A DNA stretch of 63,927 bases, counting the filler, from Hyphochytrium catenoides (lineage: Eukaryota; Protista; Hyphochytriomycota), in the NCBI GenBank assembly GCA_900088475.1. It is 10 parts of 10 records of this genome, joined end to end, with 100 filler letters (N's around TTAATTAATTAA, not from the genome) between each part and the next. Parts side by side here need not be neighbours in the genome. Positions count along the whole stretch, not along the records: positions 52,225 to 53,469 come from FLMG01003896.1; positions 53,570 to 56,531 come from FLMG01004570.1; positions 56,632 to 60,996 come from FLMG01003513.1; positions 61,097 to 62,649 come from FLMG01003860.1; positions 62,750 to 63,927 come from FLMG01002461.1; 5 more parts are not named here. One strand, given 5' to 3'. Below the pieces are notes generated by a model. It was not told the DNA's origin, ran no database searches, and saw only the letters and a list, made by a program, of their open reading frames with translations. The translations under genes were made by a program, and so were the position numbers. Position 1 is the stretch's first letter. Every line of letters starts with the position of its first letter. Positions 52,201 to 63,927 of this stretch are shown piece after piece.

Positions 52201-53818
52201 NNNNNNNNNNNNNNNNNNNNNNNNAGAGAGAGAGAGAGGGAAGAGTAAGAAAGGTAGGAAGAGAAGGCAGGAAGGAAACAGGGAATGGAAGAATGTGAGA
52301 GATAGAGAGAGAACGATAAAGCAGGACGGAGAGCGAATTGTTAGAGGAAGAGCGAGACCGACGAGAAAAACGGAGAGAGAGAGAGATGGAAAGAGGAAGA
52401 GAGGAAGAAAGACATTCGCGTATGGGAACGCCATAGAAGACAGAGATGCATGGAAAAGAAGCAAGAAGAAAGAGACGAAGGACGGAGCAGATCATAGGCC
52501 AGGAAGAAGGGAAGCGCAAACATCATTGGAATAAAAGAGAAGAAAGAAGTGTATCAGGAGGAGAAAGAGACAAGCGGCAGCAATTCAGAGAGAAAGAAAA
52601 GGAAACGTATACCAAAAAGACAGAAGAGAAAAAGAGGAAGAGACAACTATCTAGGACAGTAATTTAAGACATGATGATGTGACACAGAGAGACAGAGAGA
52701 AAGAGAAAGAGAGAAAGAGAAAGAGAAGCTTCTGACCTGTAGATAAACAGTCGATAAGCAAGAAAAAGAGAGAAAATGAGAAGGAAGAAGAAGTACAAGA
52801 CAGAGAAGTAGAAAGCCCAGTCGCCCGAGGTATAAATGGGGAAGTTAGATACGCAGGGATTGGGCCAGAAAGAGGAAGTAGAGCAGTCCATTCCCTCAGG
52901 AGNNNNNNNNNNNNNNNNNNNNNNNNNNNNNNNNNNNNNNNNNNNNNNNNNNNNNNNNTCTCTCTCTCTCTCTCTTATGCTTCGGTCTCTTAGTTAAGGA
53001 AATGAGAGTTGACGTAGACAGATTATGAAGGAAAGCAAGCTTTTCTAGGAGAGAGAAAGTAGATGAGAGAGCTATATTCAGCTCCTTGGCGGCCTGAGCA
53101 GAGAAAGTAGATCCTTTTCTCTTTCTCTTTTCTCCCTTCTCTCTTTCCTTTTCCTCTTTCTATCTCTTATGCCTCCCCCTGTCCTCCTCCTCCTCTATGG
53201 TCTTTCTTTCACCTTTCTGCTCTTTCTGTTGATCTTTGTCTCTCTCTTTCCTTCCCTCAGTCTCTTTTTTAATGTATTTGTTGGTCTCTTTTCTCTCTTC
53301 TCTCTCCTCCGGGCAATAATCTTCACCAGCAGAGCTCCAGCTTGGCCGCTGTGAATGAGAGAAGACACAGTGGACGAGAGAGAAAGGAAGAAGTGGAGAC
53401 AGAGAGAGAGAGAGGAAAAAAGACAAGCGAGGCGGATGCAGTGATGCTAAGAGTAGCGGCAACAGCGAGNNNNNNNNNNNNNNNNNNNNNNNNNNNNNNN
53501 NNNNNNNNNNNNNTTAATTAATTAANNNNNNNNNNNNNNNNNNNNNNNNNNNNNNNNNNNNNNNNNNNNAGACCTAGCGGAGAGCATTTCACGCTGGACC
53601 CTGTCCCCCCGAGTCTCTCACAATTACCTTCCATAGTGTGATGCCTGTGGCCCTTCACCGCCTGCGCTCGTTTCTTTCCCTGCGCCATCAAATGATGGGC
53701 TTGTATTTTATTCCATGATTTATCCATGTCAAATAGCAGTGCCTTCCTCTCTACAGTTCGCTTGTTCTCGCATATCACAAGTACCTGCACTTACCCTCTT
53801 GCACGATGAATCATGAAA

Positions 53819-56431
53819 GGCATCTACAGACGCTGGCCACCGTTCTTCGCTCCAACGATCCGCATCCTATCACTTATTACTCACGGTGAGAATGGGCGAG
53901 TTGGTGCTGAAAGTGCTACCTATTGCTAGACAGATTAGGATAGACGTATCCCCTTCTCCGGTTGTCTCCTCCTTGCAATGTGTTCTTTAACTTGTTGCAT
54001 TGTATAGTACCTACATGGTTCTTTCTGTATAAGTTGTCTCTAGGAGGTGCTCCCGCTGCTTCTCCTCCTTTCCCTGCCTTCTCCTAATTCTGTCTCCTCT
54101 CCCTTATTGTATACCTGGCTATCTCAAGTCAATTCCTCACGTTGAGTGATGGCGGAGTGGTTACTCTGGACTGGGCCCATTCACCTCTTCGGGGATATGA
54201 GACGGTCGTGAGAGATCTACCTACCGTGGTGAGTTGTTGGCGAACTCATCGTCCTCTTCCTCATCTTGGTGTTCGTCGGCTTCTTGTTGTTCTTCTGTTT
54301 CGTCAGCACTCACACAATCCTTGCAACAAAGGTTATCTTGCATGGGACCACAGGAGGTAGCCAAGAGGTAAGTTAAGTGTCAGAAAATTTTTAGGAGTAA
54401 GGTTGCAGCTAGGAGCAGACTTAGTAAAGACACTGCATAGACCAGTATGGCGATTGAGGGTTCTATGGCGAGATTGGGTCTTCTTGTGGGGTCAGAATCT
54501 CCGCGCTTGTGCGGAAGGGTAGCGGAAGTAAGAAGTTGGAACGGCAGGAGGGGCAGCCACCTATCTGGCCTTGTATGGAGAGTCAAGTGGTAGCGAGAAT
54601 AGGGTGCCCTCAAAGCGGGGGTACACATTCTGACTCCCTGCCTTTCTTACATTTACCTTCTCTATCAGTCGTACGTCAGAAATGCCGTTTTGGACTTTCA
54701 TAGCGCTGGCTGGCAGGTGGTGGCCTTCAATGCCCGCGGCTGTGCAGACTCCCCTCTTGCAACACCTCAGGTCTTGTCGCCCAAAACTTTCTCATCGTTG
54801 TTAAGGGTCCTTTCTCCGTGGTGTGCAGCTATACCCTTTCTTGTTGTCGTGTGTCATTGCTTGTATACTTTGCACGGTCGCTTTGCCATATCCCGCTAGC
54901 TGGCCGGGCCTTATCAGACTCTCAGCTCTACATCTTTCCTATGCATAGTCCTGTGTCAACTTCTTGTCTGTTCTGACATCATGGTTTCCTCGCTCTGTTA
55001 GATGTATTGCGGGGCTTACACCCAAGACATACGAGAGGTGGTGGCGTCTATTAGGGAGACGGTGAAGGATTCTCCCCTTGTTGGGGTAGGGTTCTCTCTT
55101 GGAGCCAACATCCTGACTAAATTTGTGGGCGAAGAAGGGGAAAAATGCCAGCTGACGGCTGCTGTCTCCGTTTCCAATCCATACGACATGGTTCAGTGCA
55201 GCAGGTAAGTGTCTGCACGAGTTCTATAGCCGTGTAAGGGTAGAGTTGGTTCGAGCAAGTGAGAATCATATGGCAAGTAAGGCTAGAAATGATATCTCAT
55301 CCTCCCGTGTTAGGTCAATGAAGAAGTTTCCCCAGAGGTACACGTACGACAGAGTTATAGCTTCCAACCTTTGTAACTATCTCAAACAGGTCAGAGCTCT
55401 CATACCTTACAGACGTAGTGGAATGACGCCAAGCAGGGCAACGGAAAGAGTCCTATAGAGATCGCTGCAACGAACCGTTAGGGGCAAAGAACTTGAGGCG
55501 GAAGAGGCGCTGAAAGAGGGAAGAAGTGGACAATGGGCGGCGAGACTAACTTTATGTTTCCTTAGATGCTTAAATGGGGTGTCTTCGGTCCGGAATGCCA
55601 GCCTGAGATTGAGCATGCCTTGCAGTCGAAGTCAGTGAAAGACTTCGACGGCCGTATAACAGCGAAGATGTTCGGGTAGGTTCGACAACTTGACTGCTTG
55701 CTTTGTCCCGGACAATGTGCTAGGTCATCTTCCTACAGCCTTTCTCTTGCTCCTACAGCCCCTCACCTAGGATATCTCTTATAGGTCGTGCCGGCTTGCG
55801 CTTTCGTTTCACTATTTAGCATCTTGCTTGCCCTTTCAAGTTAAGCTAGGCAGCCACTTCGTTGACCTCTATCAATCTTTCTCATCGACAAGTACTGACT
55901 CTGACCTAACCCCTGGGCTACTGCGGCCTTAACGACACAGTTATGGCACGGCGCACATCTATTATCATGAGGCTAGTAGTTTCAAATGTAAGGAACAGAA
56001 GCTGGCCCAGTAGCAGAGGTTTCTCATGCCTCTGTCCTGGTAACCCCTTGGTTCTCATGCCTCTGTCCTGGTAACCCCTTGGTATATATGGCTCAATCGC
56101 CCTCTTCCAATGCCCTTGAGCACAGATATCCCTCGAATTGCTATTCCCACGCTATTCGTCACTGCCAAGGATGACCCGATCTGCCCGGAGTTCGCCATCC
56201 CTTACGACGAGATTCTGTAAGCTTTGCGTGACCCTGTTGTTGAGGTATTTGGATCGGAAGTCTAACAATTTGTGTGACGGCCATAGGTCTAACCCGAACA
56301 CGATACTCTGCACGACTAACGTCGGTGGGCACATGATGTGGGCGACAGGAGTCCTGCACATCAAATCTTGGCTAGATCCAGCGGTGGCTGAGTACCTGAA
56401 GGCTATCTTAGTTCTATATGAAAGAGGTTAG
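53819..56431 (+). CDS. Alpha/beta hydrolase, ABHD1/3-YheT-EHT1 family (5' end missing)
   Basis: HLQT, SDGGVVTLDW, ILHGTTGGS, VAFNARGC, GFSLGANIL (Ser), AKDDP (Asp), GGHMMW (His). Confidence 0.95.
56022..56084. repeat. ~31 bp tandem duplication in intron
   Basis: TCTCATGCCTCTGTCCTGGTAACCCCTTGGT occurs twice. Confidence 0.85.
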
Positions 56432-59389
56432 AAGTCTGTCATTATCAATCTGAGGTTATGTTGACGGACCACCATGGACGTCATCCTAGGAGAGATAACC
56501 AAGAGCCAGCCCCAGGTCGCCACCACGCTCTNNNNNNNNNNNNNNNNNNNNNNNNNNNNNNNNNNNNNNNNNNNNTTAATTAATTAANNNNNNNNNNNNN
56601 NNNNNNNNNNNNNNNNNNNNNNNNNNNNNNNTTAGCTGGGCTGCTACGGATTCATTCGCTTAAACTTTGCTAAACGTCAGAGACTCCATAAATATTATCT
56701 ATGGACGTCGTCTTGTTGATAACAAGCTTTCCTATGGGAATCCAAAGAAGTGCAAGTTCTATCAATCAGGAATTATGTTTCTTGGCCACCACAAGAAGGC
56801 CCAGGTGTAGGTATCCAGATGATGGATGGATGAGAGAGAGCAAGACTAAGGTTGTTCAAGAACGACCAAGGACACGGACTGCTGCTACTGAGACGACAGA
56901 ACATCTGTCTAGCAGTGCAGCCCCTTTTATAAACCTCATTGGCACCAAAAAGATTCCGTTGGTCATTTGAAGCCGAGACTGCTCTGCGGAAACTGAAAGA
57001 AGAGGCAGTGCAGAAAATTCCGATAATTTAGTTAGGACCCTTTCACTACTACTGGATAACAGAGAATACTTCAGGCTCTGCTGCTATTATTGGAGCGTTT
57101 CTCATGCAGCAGGACCAAGGGTTAAGGTTTACGGGCGTGTGCGTTCTTGTCGCGCAAGCTGTCAGGCCTAAAGAGAGAACTATGCAGCTTACAAGCCACG
57201 ATACTCAGCTACCAGTCACTCTACTAGATAGCTCACAGACTTCTGGATAACTCAAGGGTTTGTGAGTTGAAGCTTTACTCTGTCTGGAAAGTCACCTGTC
57301 CGTGGCCCACAAGTTCAGAGTTCAAGATGTCAATGAAGGAGTGAGTTCCATAATAAAACGATAGAGGTGTCTGAACACATCATGGAATGTACTCATTTTG
57401 CTCTCAACAAACCTTCCAAGCGGCGATGTTCCTTCTTTTCCTTCTGCCCAATGCACAATGAGCACGTCGTTTGTGGCGGAAGGAGGGGAGAAATCTCTTC
57501 TTACAAGCGGATGTATAGCACCGTAGACTTGGCCCTCAAACTCTACCGGGTTTCTTGCGGGCTAAGCTGTCGCGGCAAACATGAAATGACCCTGGGAGGT
57601 AAGTAAGGCTGTTCACCCTCTTCGAACTTTGTCCCCACTGCTGTGTCCAAGCCCTTATTTGGCATTTCTAGAACTCTCTGGACCCGCTACCCTTTGTGGT
57701 GAGACGAGGTGCAATGTGGGTCAAGCATGGTGGAGGAGGTACTAGGAAAAGCATCTTCTCTCTGCTGGACAAAGGATAGGGTGCAACAAGGCCAAGGTCT
57801 GAGATGGTAATCACTACTTAGCTGGTATGATGTGAGGACCCTCTAGGGGCGCGTGGCTGTTAAGGATCGAAGACACAATGAAAAGAGAAGCGGAGACTTG
57901 GGGGACGATGGGGGAGAGGGTGAAAGGCTCCTCCTATCCTTCAGATCTCAACAATCACCAAGGCTGCCAAGGGCAAGCTTCTTCGTAACTCTAACGGCGG
58001 TCTCAACAGCATGGATACTGAAAAGTGTCACGGGGGGAGAGGAGGTGAGCTAGTTACCAGCTAAAGTACTCCCTCAGTGGCCGTTCTGTATGCGGAGGGT
58101 CAAGTTTCAATGGCTGAGACGTGCTCGTCCTTGGGAAGCTTGCATCACCGAATCCCTATAACAATTGATACTTCTAAGGAGTGGGAATGTCGCCTTTAAA
58201 TTTGCTGCAGGCAACCCCAGCGAACGCAGGAGGTTAAGGAGCGATAAAGGTTAGTTTTTCTTGCTGTCTAAGCTTCTACAGTTTGTCTTGCCTCAAAACG
58301 AGCTTCTTGCTCTAGGGCAAGTCACTAGCTCAAAACCATTCGTCATGATGATCAGTAGTGGCTGCTCCCGCTCATCTTTAGATGGGCACTCACTCAACTG
58401 TCCCAGCCCATGAAAAGAAACTTGTTGAGCTGAAAGGTTATAATCGGTTTGGGGAGATCCTTGCGGTCAGCGCCTGCATTCATAACGTTGACCTCTGGGT
58501 CCGCGGTCATTCAGCTTGTCAACACTGTCCTCATCATGACTTTTGTCCTCTTTCTGAAGGGCGGCATAAGAAGTTCGGGACACTCATGAAGAGACCCTAG
58601 CAAGCACCATGCGTAGGATAGACAACATGTTCTCTCGCTGATGATGATGCCTGCCTTGTGAAGAGATGTACCAGGAAGCAGCCTCGAGGTCTAGCTCACT
58701 CAAGGGACAGAGGTCTCCTCTCCTGCAGCGGCCAGCAGCAGCCTTTGTATGGAAGGAAGGAAGGTCAGTCATAACATTAGGAAGACACACGACCGTTATC
58801 TGTCTATCTCGGATGAAACGGACAGAGCCCTACAAGTGCAGGATATTAGCTTCGTAGGAAGTGTGGGTCAGGTTTTTGGTCATCAGATTGTGGGGATGCT
58901 TGTGGAGGGCCGTCCGTCCGCCAATCACCACACTGTCCACGTGCTCCTGGGGAAAAGGGAAAAGACACACTCCCTAGAGACTTGAGGGACACTGGGAACT
59001 GAAGCTGGAAGAGGATAAGATGAGGGCGACAAGCAGGCCACGCTGCTAGTCAAAGCGGAGACAGAAAGTTGACACTATTATTAGTCTGCCAATGAGTATC
59101 GAGCAGTAGTTTCTTCTTTGCTGATGCAGCAACAACAGCAGATGACCGTTCGCTGTTGTTAGCGCTAGAAGTAGGAGAAAGTTGAGAGGAGGAAGCGTCG
59201 ACACTTGCTCTTTATCACCGGCCGTCAGTGGAACAACTAACAAGGCCTCGAGGTCACAAAGAGAGCAGCAAGGGTCACGAGAACTCTTTATTCTTTGCAT
59301 CCCGCCAGTGTGTCTGCTTGTGTGGCAATCACCCGAAACTGCACAACAGGAGAAGGATGAGGTGCAGCAGCAGCAGCAGCAGTAGGAGG

Positions 59390-60914
59390 ATGACCACCTC
59401 GCTCCTCATCGCTTGTTCGCCGTGGAGATCCGGGTGGGGTTCGGGACATAAACTCTATCGTAGTATGGGCTATTATGCCGGTACATTGGACCCACAGAGG
59501 ACCACGTCCAAGCTACATCAGGTGAGTGGTTCGGCCTCTGATGAAGTCGAGGGTGCCCACCGCTTTAACATTTCGTTCTCTCCTCTTCTCCGAACTGACC
59601 CCTTTGACTATCTTTGTCTACGTAATATCTCGGCATGTGTCGCTGGAATGCAGAGGAACGCCGACAGTTTGAGTAAGCTTGGCTCCATAAAAGCAATGCA
59701 GTCAAGGTCCCACCATCCGGACTTGGACCAGGCGTTCGCACAGTGTGTTGCTGATATAAGGTCAGTTTCCATGGAAGGGTGGCCTTTGGGAAATAGCCTT
59801 ATGGCTGACGGGGCCGCTGCCATTCCTTGGTTATTCCCTTTGTGCTATGTTCGCTCCGATCCTGCAGGCAACAGTTAGGAAAGCGAAAGGCGGCTCTCTC
59901 CTGTCTCTTCATTTCCTCCTCGCATGCCAAGAGCCTTCAGGAAAGATATGCATCTCACCAACCGTTGGAGTATCCGAAGGGTTGGACCTCCTCAGTCATT
60001 GGATGTGTCACGCGTGGACTGCCAAATGAGGAGAGAATGCTTGGCGATGGAAAGAAGAATGAACAGCAGTTCGTATCCATCGTCAGTTTCCTAGAGACTA
60101 GCCACGAAGGACAAAAAGCGGCAGCCAAGATGGTCCCATTCCACATTTTATCCTCCTCGTTGCCCTCACTTCCAGGTAGAGAATCTGCAGTGCTGAAGCT
60201 CGAATAAGAGCACAGCATTTGCTGCTATCTTCTGTGATCTTATCCTCACGCTGACGTTCTCATCTTCCTAGGTGTCGACTACGCAGAACTGGTTCTCGAG
60301 TCTCAGCCCCATTTCCTTGTCATATCGAAGAAGAGATTCTTCCCTCGGACGCTGTTGAAGCGGCTTGATGCCGCCTTCAGTCCAAAGACAGCCAAGGTGG
60401 TCGCTGCAGCAGACGACCCTTCCATATTACTTTTTGCCACGGAAGTATGTCGACCCTCTCCTTTCATAGGCGTATGCCATCTACATCTGAGATTATCATC
60501 AACTTACCCATTATGCTCAACTTTTAGGGTGGGTCTGTAGGGGAAGGACAGAAGCTGGAGATTGTGGACGGCTTCGGGGTGGGAGCAGCTATATATGGAC
60601 CCCGTCTAGACATCGAAGCTTTCTGTCAGATAGCGCTTCGTGCCCTTGGCAACGTTGGGTTCTCATCTTATTCGTTCGGTGAAGCAGCAGCTAGCGCTCT
60701 CTTCCCTGTTAAGGACTACGCTTCCTGGAGCGTCAAGGAGAATAAATCACCCTCCTCCGTTTCAGCTGGCGAGAACGAGAATCAGGATCCGCTCAACAGG
60801 TTCCCATGTTTTTCGTCTGTTAATGCTGGACTGAAGGCGGGAAGCAAAGTAGGAGGGGCCCATCTCATAAAAGTGCCCATTGTGCCTTTCCCAGGTCATA
60901 GCTATCACATGTAG
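59390..60914 (+). CDS. FIST-N domain protein, multi-exon
   Basis: HPDLDQAFAQCVADI..LFISSSH..VIGCVTRG..VPFHILSSSLP..PHFLVI..LLKRLDAAFSPKTAKV..GVGAAIYG follows FIST_N motif order (recalled pattern). Confidence 0.6.
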
Positions 60915-61119
60915 GTTGCCTCGCACTAGATGATAGGCCTCTATCGGCAACTGTTACTAAAGAGCTGCACTGCTGCCACTTGTCCAGCCTAACTCANNNN
61001 NNNNNNNNNNNNNNNNNNNNNNNNNNNNNNNNNNNNNNNNTTAATTAATTAANNNNNNNNNNNNNNNNNNNNNNNNNNNNNNNNNNNNNNNNNNNNAAAG
61101 AGTTAAAACCAAAGCTTAC

Positions 61120-62649
61120 CAGCACTTCAAGAGCCAGCCTGCCACTGCCCATCTAGGGATGACCTTGGACTGTAGGATCTGGTTGGAAGGATGAAAGCAT
61201 ACACAGATGTAACGAATCAGATCTGCCACCAGGCTTTCGCTCTCCGGACACTGAAGGAACTTCTGTTGGAACCACTGCTGGTATCGTTGCTGGCGGCCCA
61301 GGTGGACGGAGGTCTAATCAAGTTGAGTCACTCAGTCCAACGGTTATGAGTTTTGCATGCACATATGGCCAAGCTCTGATCTGTCTGCCGCTTTCCTTTC
61401 TACTCTTCTCCCAGTCTTCTTCCTTAGACCAGATATATATTGATGACCCACGGCACTCGCTAGTTTGAGCTGTACTCTCTCATACACATTTTCATGGCCC
61501 ATGGCACTCTCTACTTTGAGCCATACTCTCCCATACCAATTTCATGGCCAATCTCACGTCCGAGGGCGCCTTACCATGAGGAACAATAGCTTGTCCTCCA
61601 TATCTTTAGTCAACCTCGACTTCAAATATTTTCGCGGTGTCGGTATGCTAAAAAGAGATGAGATGCTAAGCCCCTGGGCCTGTGGAGGAGGGTCGGGAAG
61701 CGCGACAAGCTCCTTCCAGATGGAATCGAACCCTGGTATCTTAGGGACAGTGAGAAGAGTCCTCGATCAGTCGGATAGGAGCCATGCGGACGTCGAGTCA
61801 GCCCTAGACGCTACGAGGGAATGCCCACCTCCTTTGCATCATAGAGAGCCCGTACTAAGTCCCTCCCAATGGCCGCTATCTCGGTCCGCTTTGCTCTCCA
61901 TAGCTCCAAGCAAAAGTTCGCCTCTTTCTCCCTAAGCGCGAGATGGCGTTCTTTGCCGTGGTCAAGCACCAATCGGGCATACGTGTAGAAGACGATGGGG
62001 ACTGAGAAATAAAAAGTGAGTACGTTAGTCTCCCAGTGGTTTAGCCATAGTCATTCTCATGGCCATCTACTGGCTAAATGACGTGGTCTCTATGATCTCC
62101 ATGCCATAGCTCAAGCTCAATGTTGACCATTGTGTCCAAATTAACAGCTTACCCAGTCCGCCACTTGCCCCAGAGTATAACCAGTCCCTTCGCATTTCTA
62201 GGGTATTAAGCACATGCTGTGCCAACCAAACGTTCTTCGATCCTGGGTCTGCGCCAGCAATTTGGCGGAGAAGGCAGTGAATGACGCTGGTGAAGTAGCA
62301 ACTTTTAGCTTATGGGAGGAAGCGGAAGTGAGGATCCGATGGGGGAGCAGACAGGGACGGATAGAGTACAGAGTGCTTGGGATGGAGTAAAGAATGGCAG
62401 AGTAGAAGCAAAGAGTCAGCACGTCAGCAGGGTCCAGGTCATGGGAGGAGAAGTAGGAACTTCCCTTCAAGTTCATTCAGCAGAGAGGAAGACAAAGCAG
62501 CACCTATTGTACTCTTAGACTAGGCCAAGGAAACAGAAGGCTTACCTGTGAATATCTGCCGCCTGTAGAGCGATAAGCTCTCTACAAAGCCACAGAAGTT
62601 GGGCACGACTTTGATCCAGGAGCTTGTGATACTTCTCCATTATCAGCCG
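61120..62649 (-). CDS. INTS3: Integrator complex subunit 3 (SOSS-A), internal exons between gaps
   Basis: IMEKYHKLLDQSRAQLLWLCREL; FYTYARLVLDH; IGRDLVR; YLKSRLTKDMEDKLLFLM; GRQQRYQQWF..DLIRYICVCFHPSNQILQSKVIPRWAVAGWLL. Confidence 0.93.
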
Positions 62650-62758
62650 NNNNNNNNNNNNNNNNNNNNNNNNNNNNNNNNNNNNNNNNNNNNTTAATTA
62701 ATTAANNNNNNNNNNNNNNNNNNNNNNNNNNNNNNNNNNNNNNNNNNNNGGGTGTGTG

Positions 62759-62798
<40 letters not shown>

Positions 62799-63014
62799 GA
62801 GAGTGAGGGAGAGAGAGGTGAGAGTTGAGAAGCGGGAGAGGATATAATAAGAACCCAGAGATTCCGCGTGTAGAGCGAGTGAGAAAGAATTAACGCCTAA
62901 ATCAGTGGACGCCGATATTGAGAACGGTTAACGCACAGAGAGAGAGAGAGAGAAAAGAGACAGAGAGTAAGAGTGAGAGAGAAAGAGAGAGATTGAGAGA
63001 CAAAGAAAAAGAGG

Positions 63015-63054
<40 letters not shown>

Positions 63055-63121
63055 CGAAAAAGAAAGACTACAGCTATAAAGGCGAGCATTCAGGCGGAGG
63101 CAGAAAGGAGAGAGACAGTAC

Positions 63122-63826
63122 CTGCTTTGCCTGTATCTTCATTGAAAAAAAGGAGGATAAGCCGAGGAATGACGGGGATGAGGAGAGAGAAAGAGAGAAT
63201 GTGGAAGAAAACCATTATCAGCGTCCAGCGCAGGGTCAGAGTGTACGCTCTCTCTTCTCTCTCTGCTTCACAATGAGAAGCAGCGTTATCTCTTTCCTCT
63301 CTCTCTCTCTCCCCCTTGATATCGGGATCATCTCTCTTCTCTCTTGAAAGTCGAGGAGAGAGTCCGTCCCCTCTCTCCTCTCCTTTTCGTCTCGATGTTG
63401 TCTGTGAGGGGCTTCCAGGACCCGTCATCGCCTACAAAAGAGTGAGACATTTTATGGAATGAAGTCAAGAAAGAGAAGGGAAGGGACAAACAGAATGGCA
63501 AGTGAGCGTTAGACAAGGGAGGAAGGGAGAGAGAGAGAGAGAGGGGGAGAGNNNNNNNNNNNNNNNNNNNNNNNNNNNNNNNNNAGGGAGACAGAGGAGA
63601 GAGAGAGAGAGAGAGAGAAAAAAAAAAGAAGAGAGACAGAGAGCGAGCGAGCGAAGAGAGAGAGCGAGCGAGAGAGAGAGCGAGCGAGAGAGAGAGCGAG
63701 CGAGCGAGAGAGAGAGAGAGAGAAAGAGAAGGAGAGCGAAAGAAGGAGGAAGGGAGGACCAACCTGCAACAAAGGAACTCTCTCTGACGCTCCAAACTCC
63801 TCTTTGGACGCGGCGTGGTCGGGCAT
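63122..63826 (-). CDS. MFS transporter (TetA/MFSD14-like), first two exons
   Basis: MPDHAASKEEFGASERVPLLQ splices in frame to AMTGPG...IMVFFHILSFSLLIPVIPRLI (MFS TM1). ERVPLL is an acidic dileucine motif. Confidence 0.65.
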
Positions 63827-63927
63827 GACAGCCTCTCCTCTCTCCGCGTCTCTCCCTCTTTCTTCCTCTCTCTGTCTCTCTCTCTTCCTCTCTCTGTCTC
63901 TCTCTCTGAGCACTTTTGAACGTGCAG

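Overview
Eukaryotic, intron-rich genomic sequence from a draft assembly. It looks protist-like, possibly stramenopile, but I cannot identify the organism. Nine artificial N-TTAATTAATTAA-N spacers join contigs, so order across them is unverified. Most listed ORFs are artefacts of (GA)n/(TC)n microsatellite introns. Splice-aware reading gives: a TTC12-like gene, tRNA-Arg(UCU), tRNA-Gly(CCC), a CYTH/thiamine-triphosphatase-like gene, cyclin H, a CAMK-type kinase, a head/coiled-coil/C1q-TNF-like protein, a p25-alpha/EF-hand-like protein, a Lys-rich protein, an RBP45/Nam8-family RRM protein, a DUF1765-like protein, a kinesin-9 fragment, an ABHD1/3 hydrolase, a FIST-domain protein, INTS3 and an MFS transporter. 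A ~10 kb island (34-43.7 kb) holds nested, decayed Copia elements and LTRs. The standout is inside this island: an intact ~645 bp non-coding LTR element (TRIM, 38522-39167). Each of its LTRs carries a Pol III tRNA-like gene, and its primer-binding site is the exact complement of that tRNA-like RNA's own 3' end plus CCA. It therefore appears to encode its own reverse-transcription primer.
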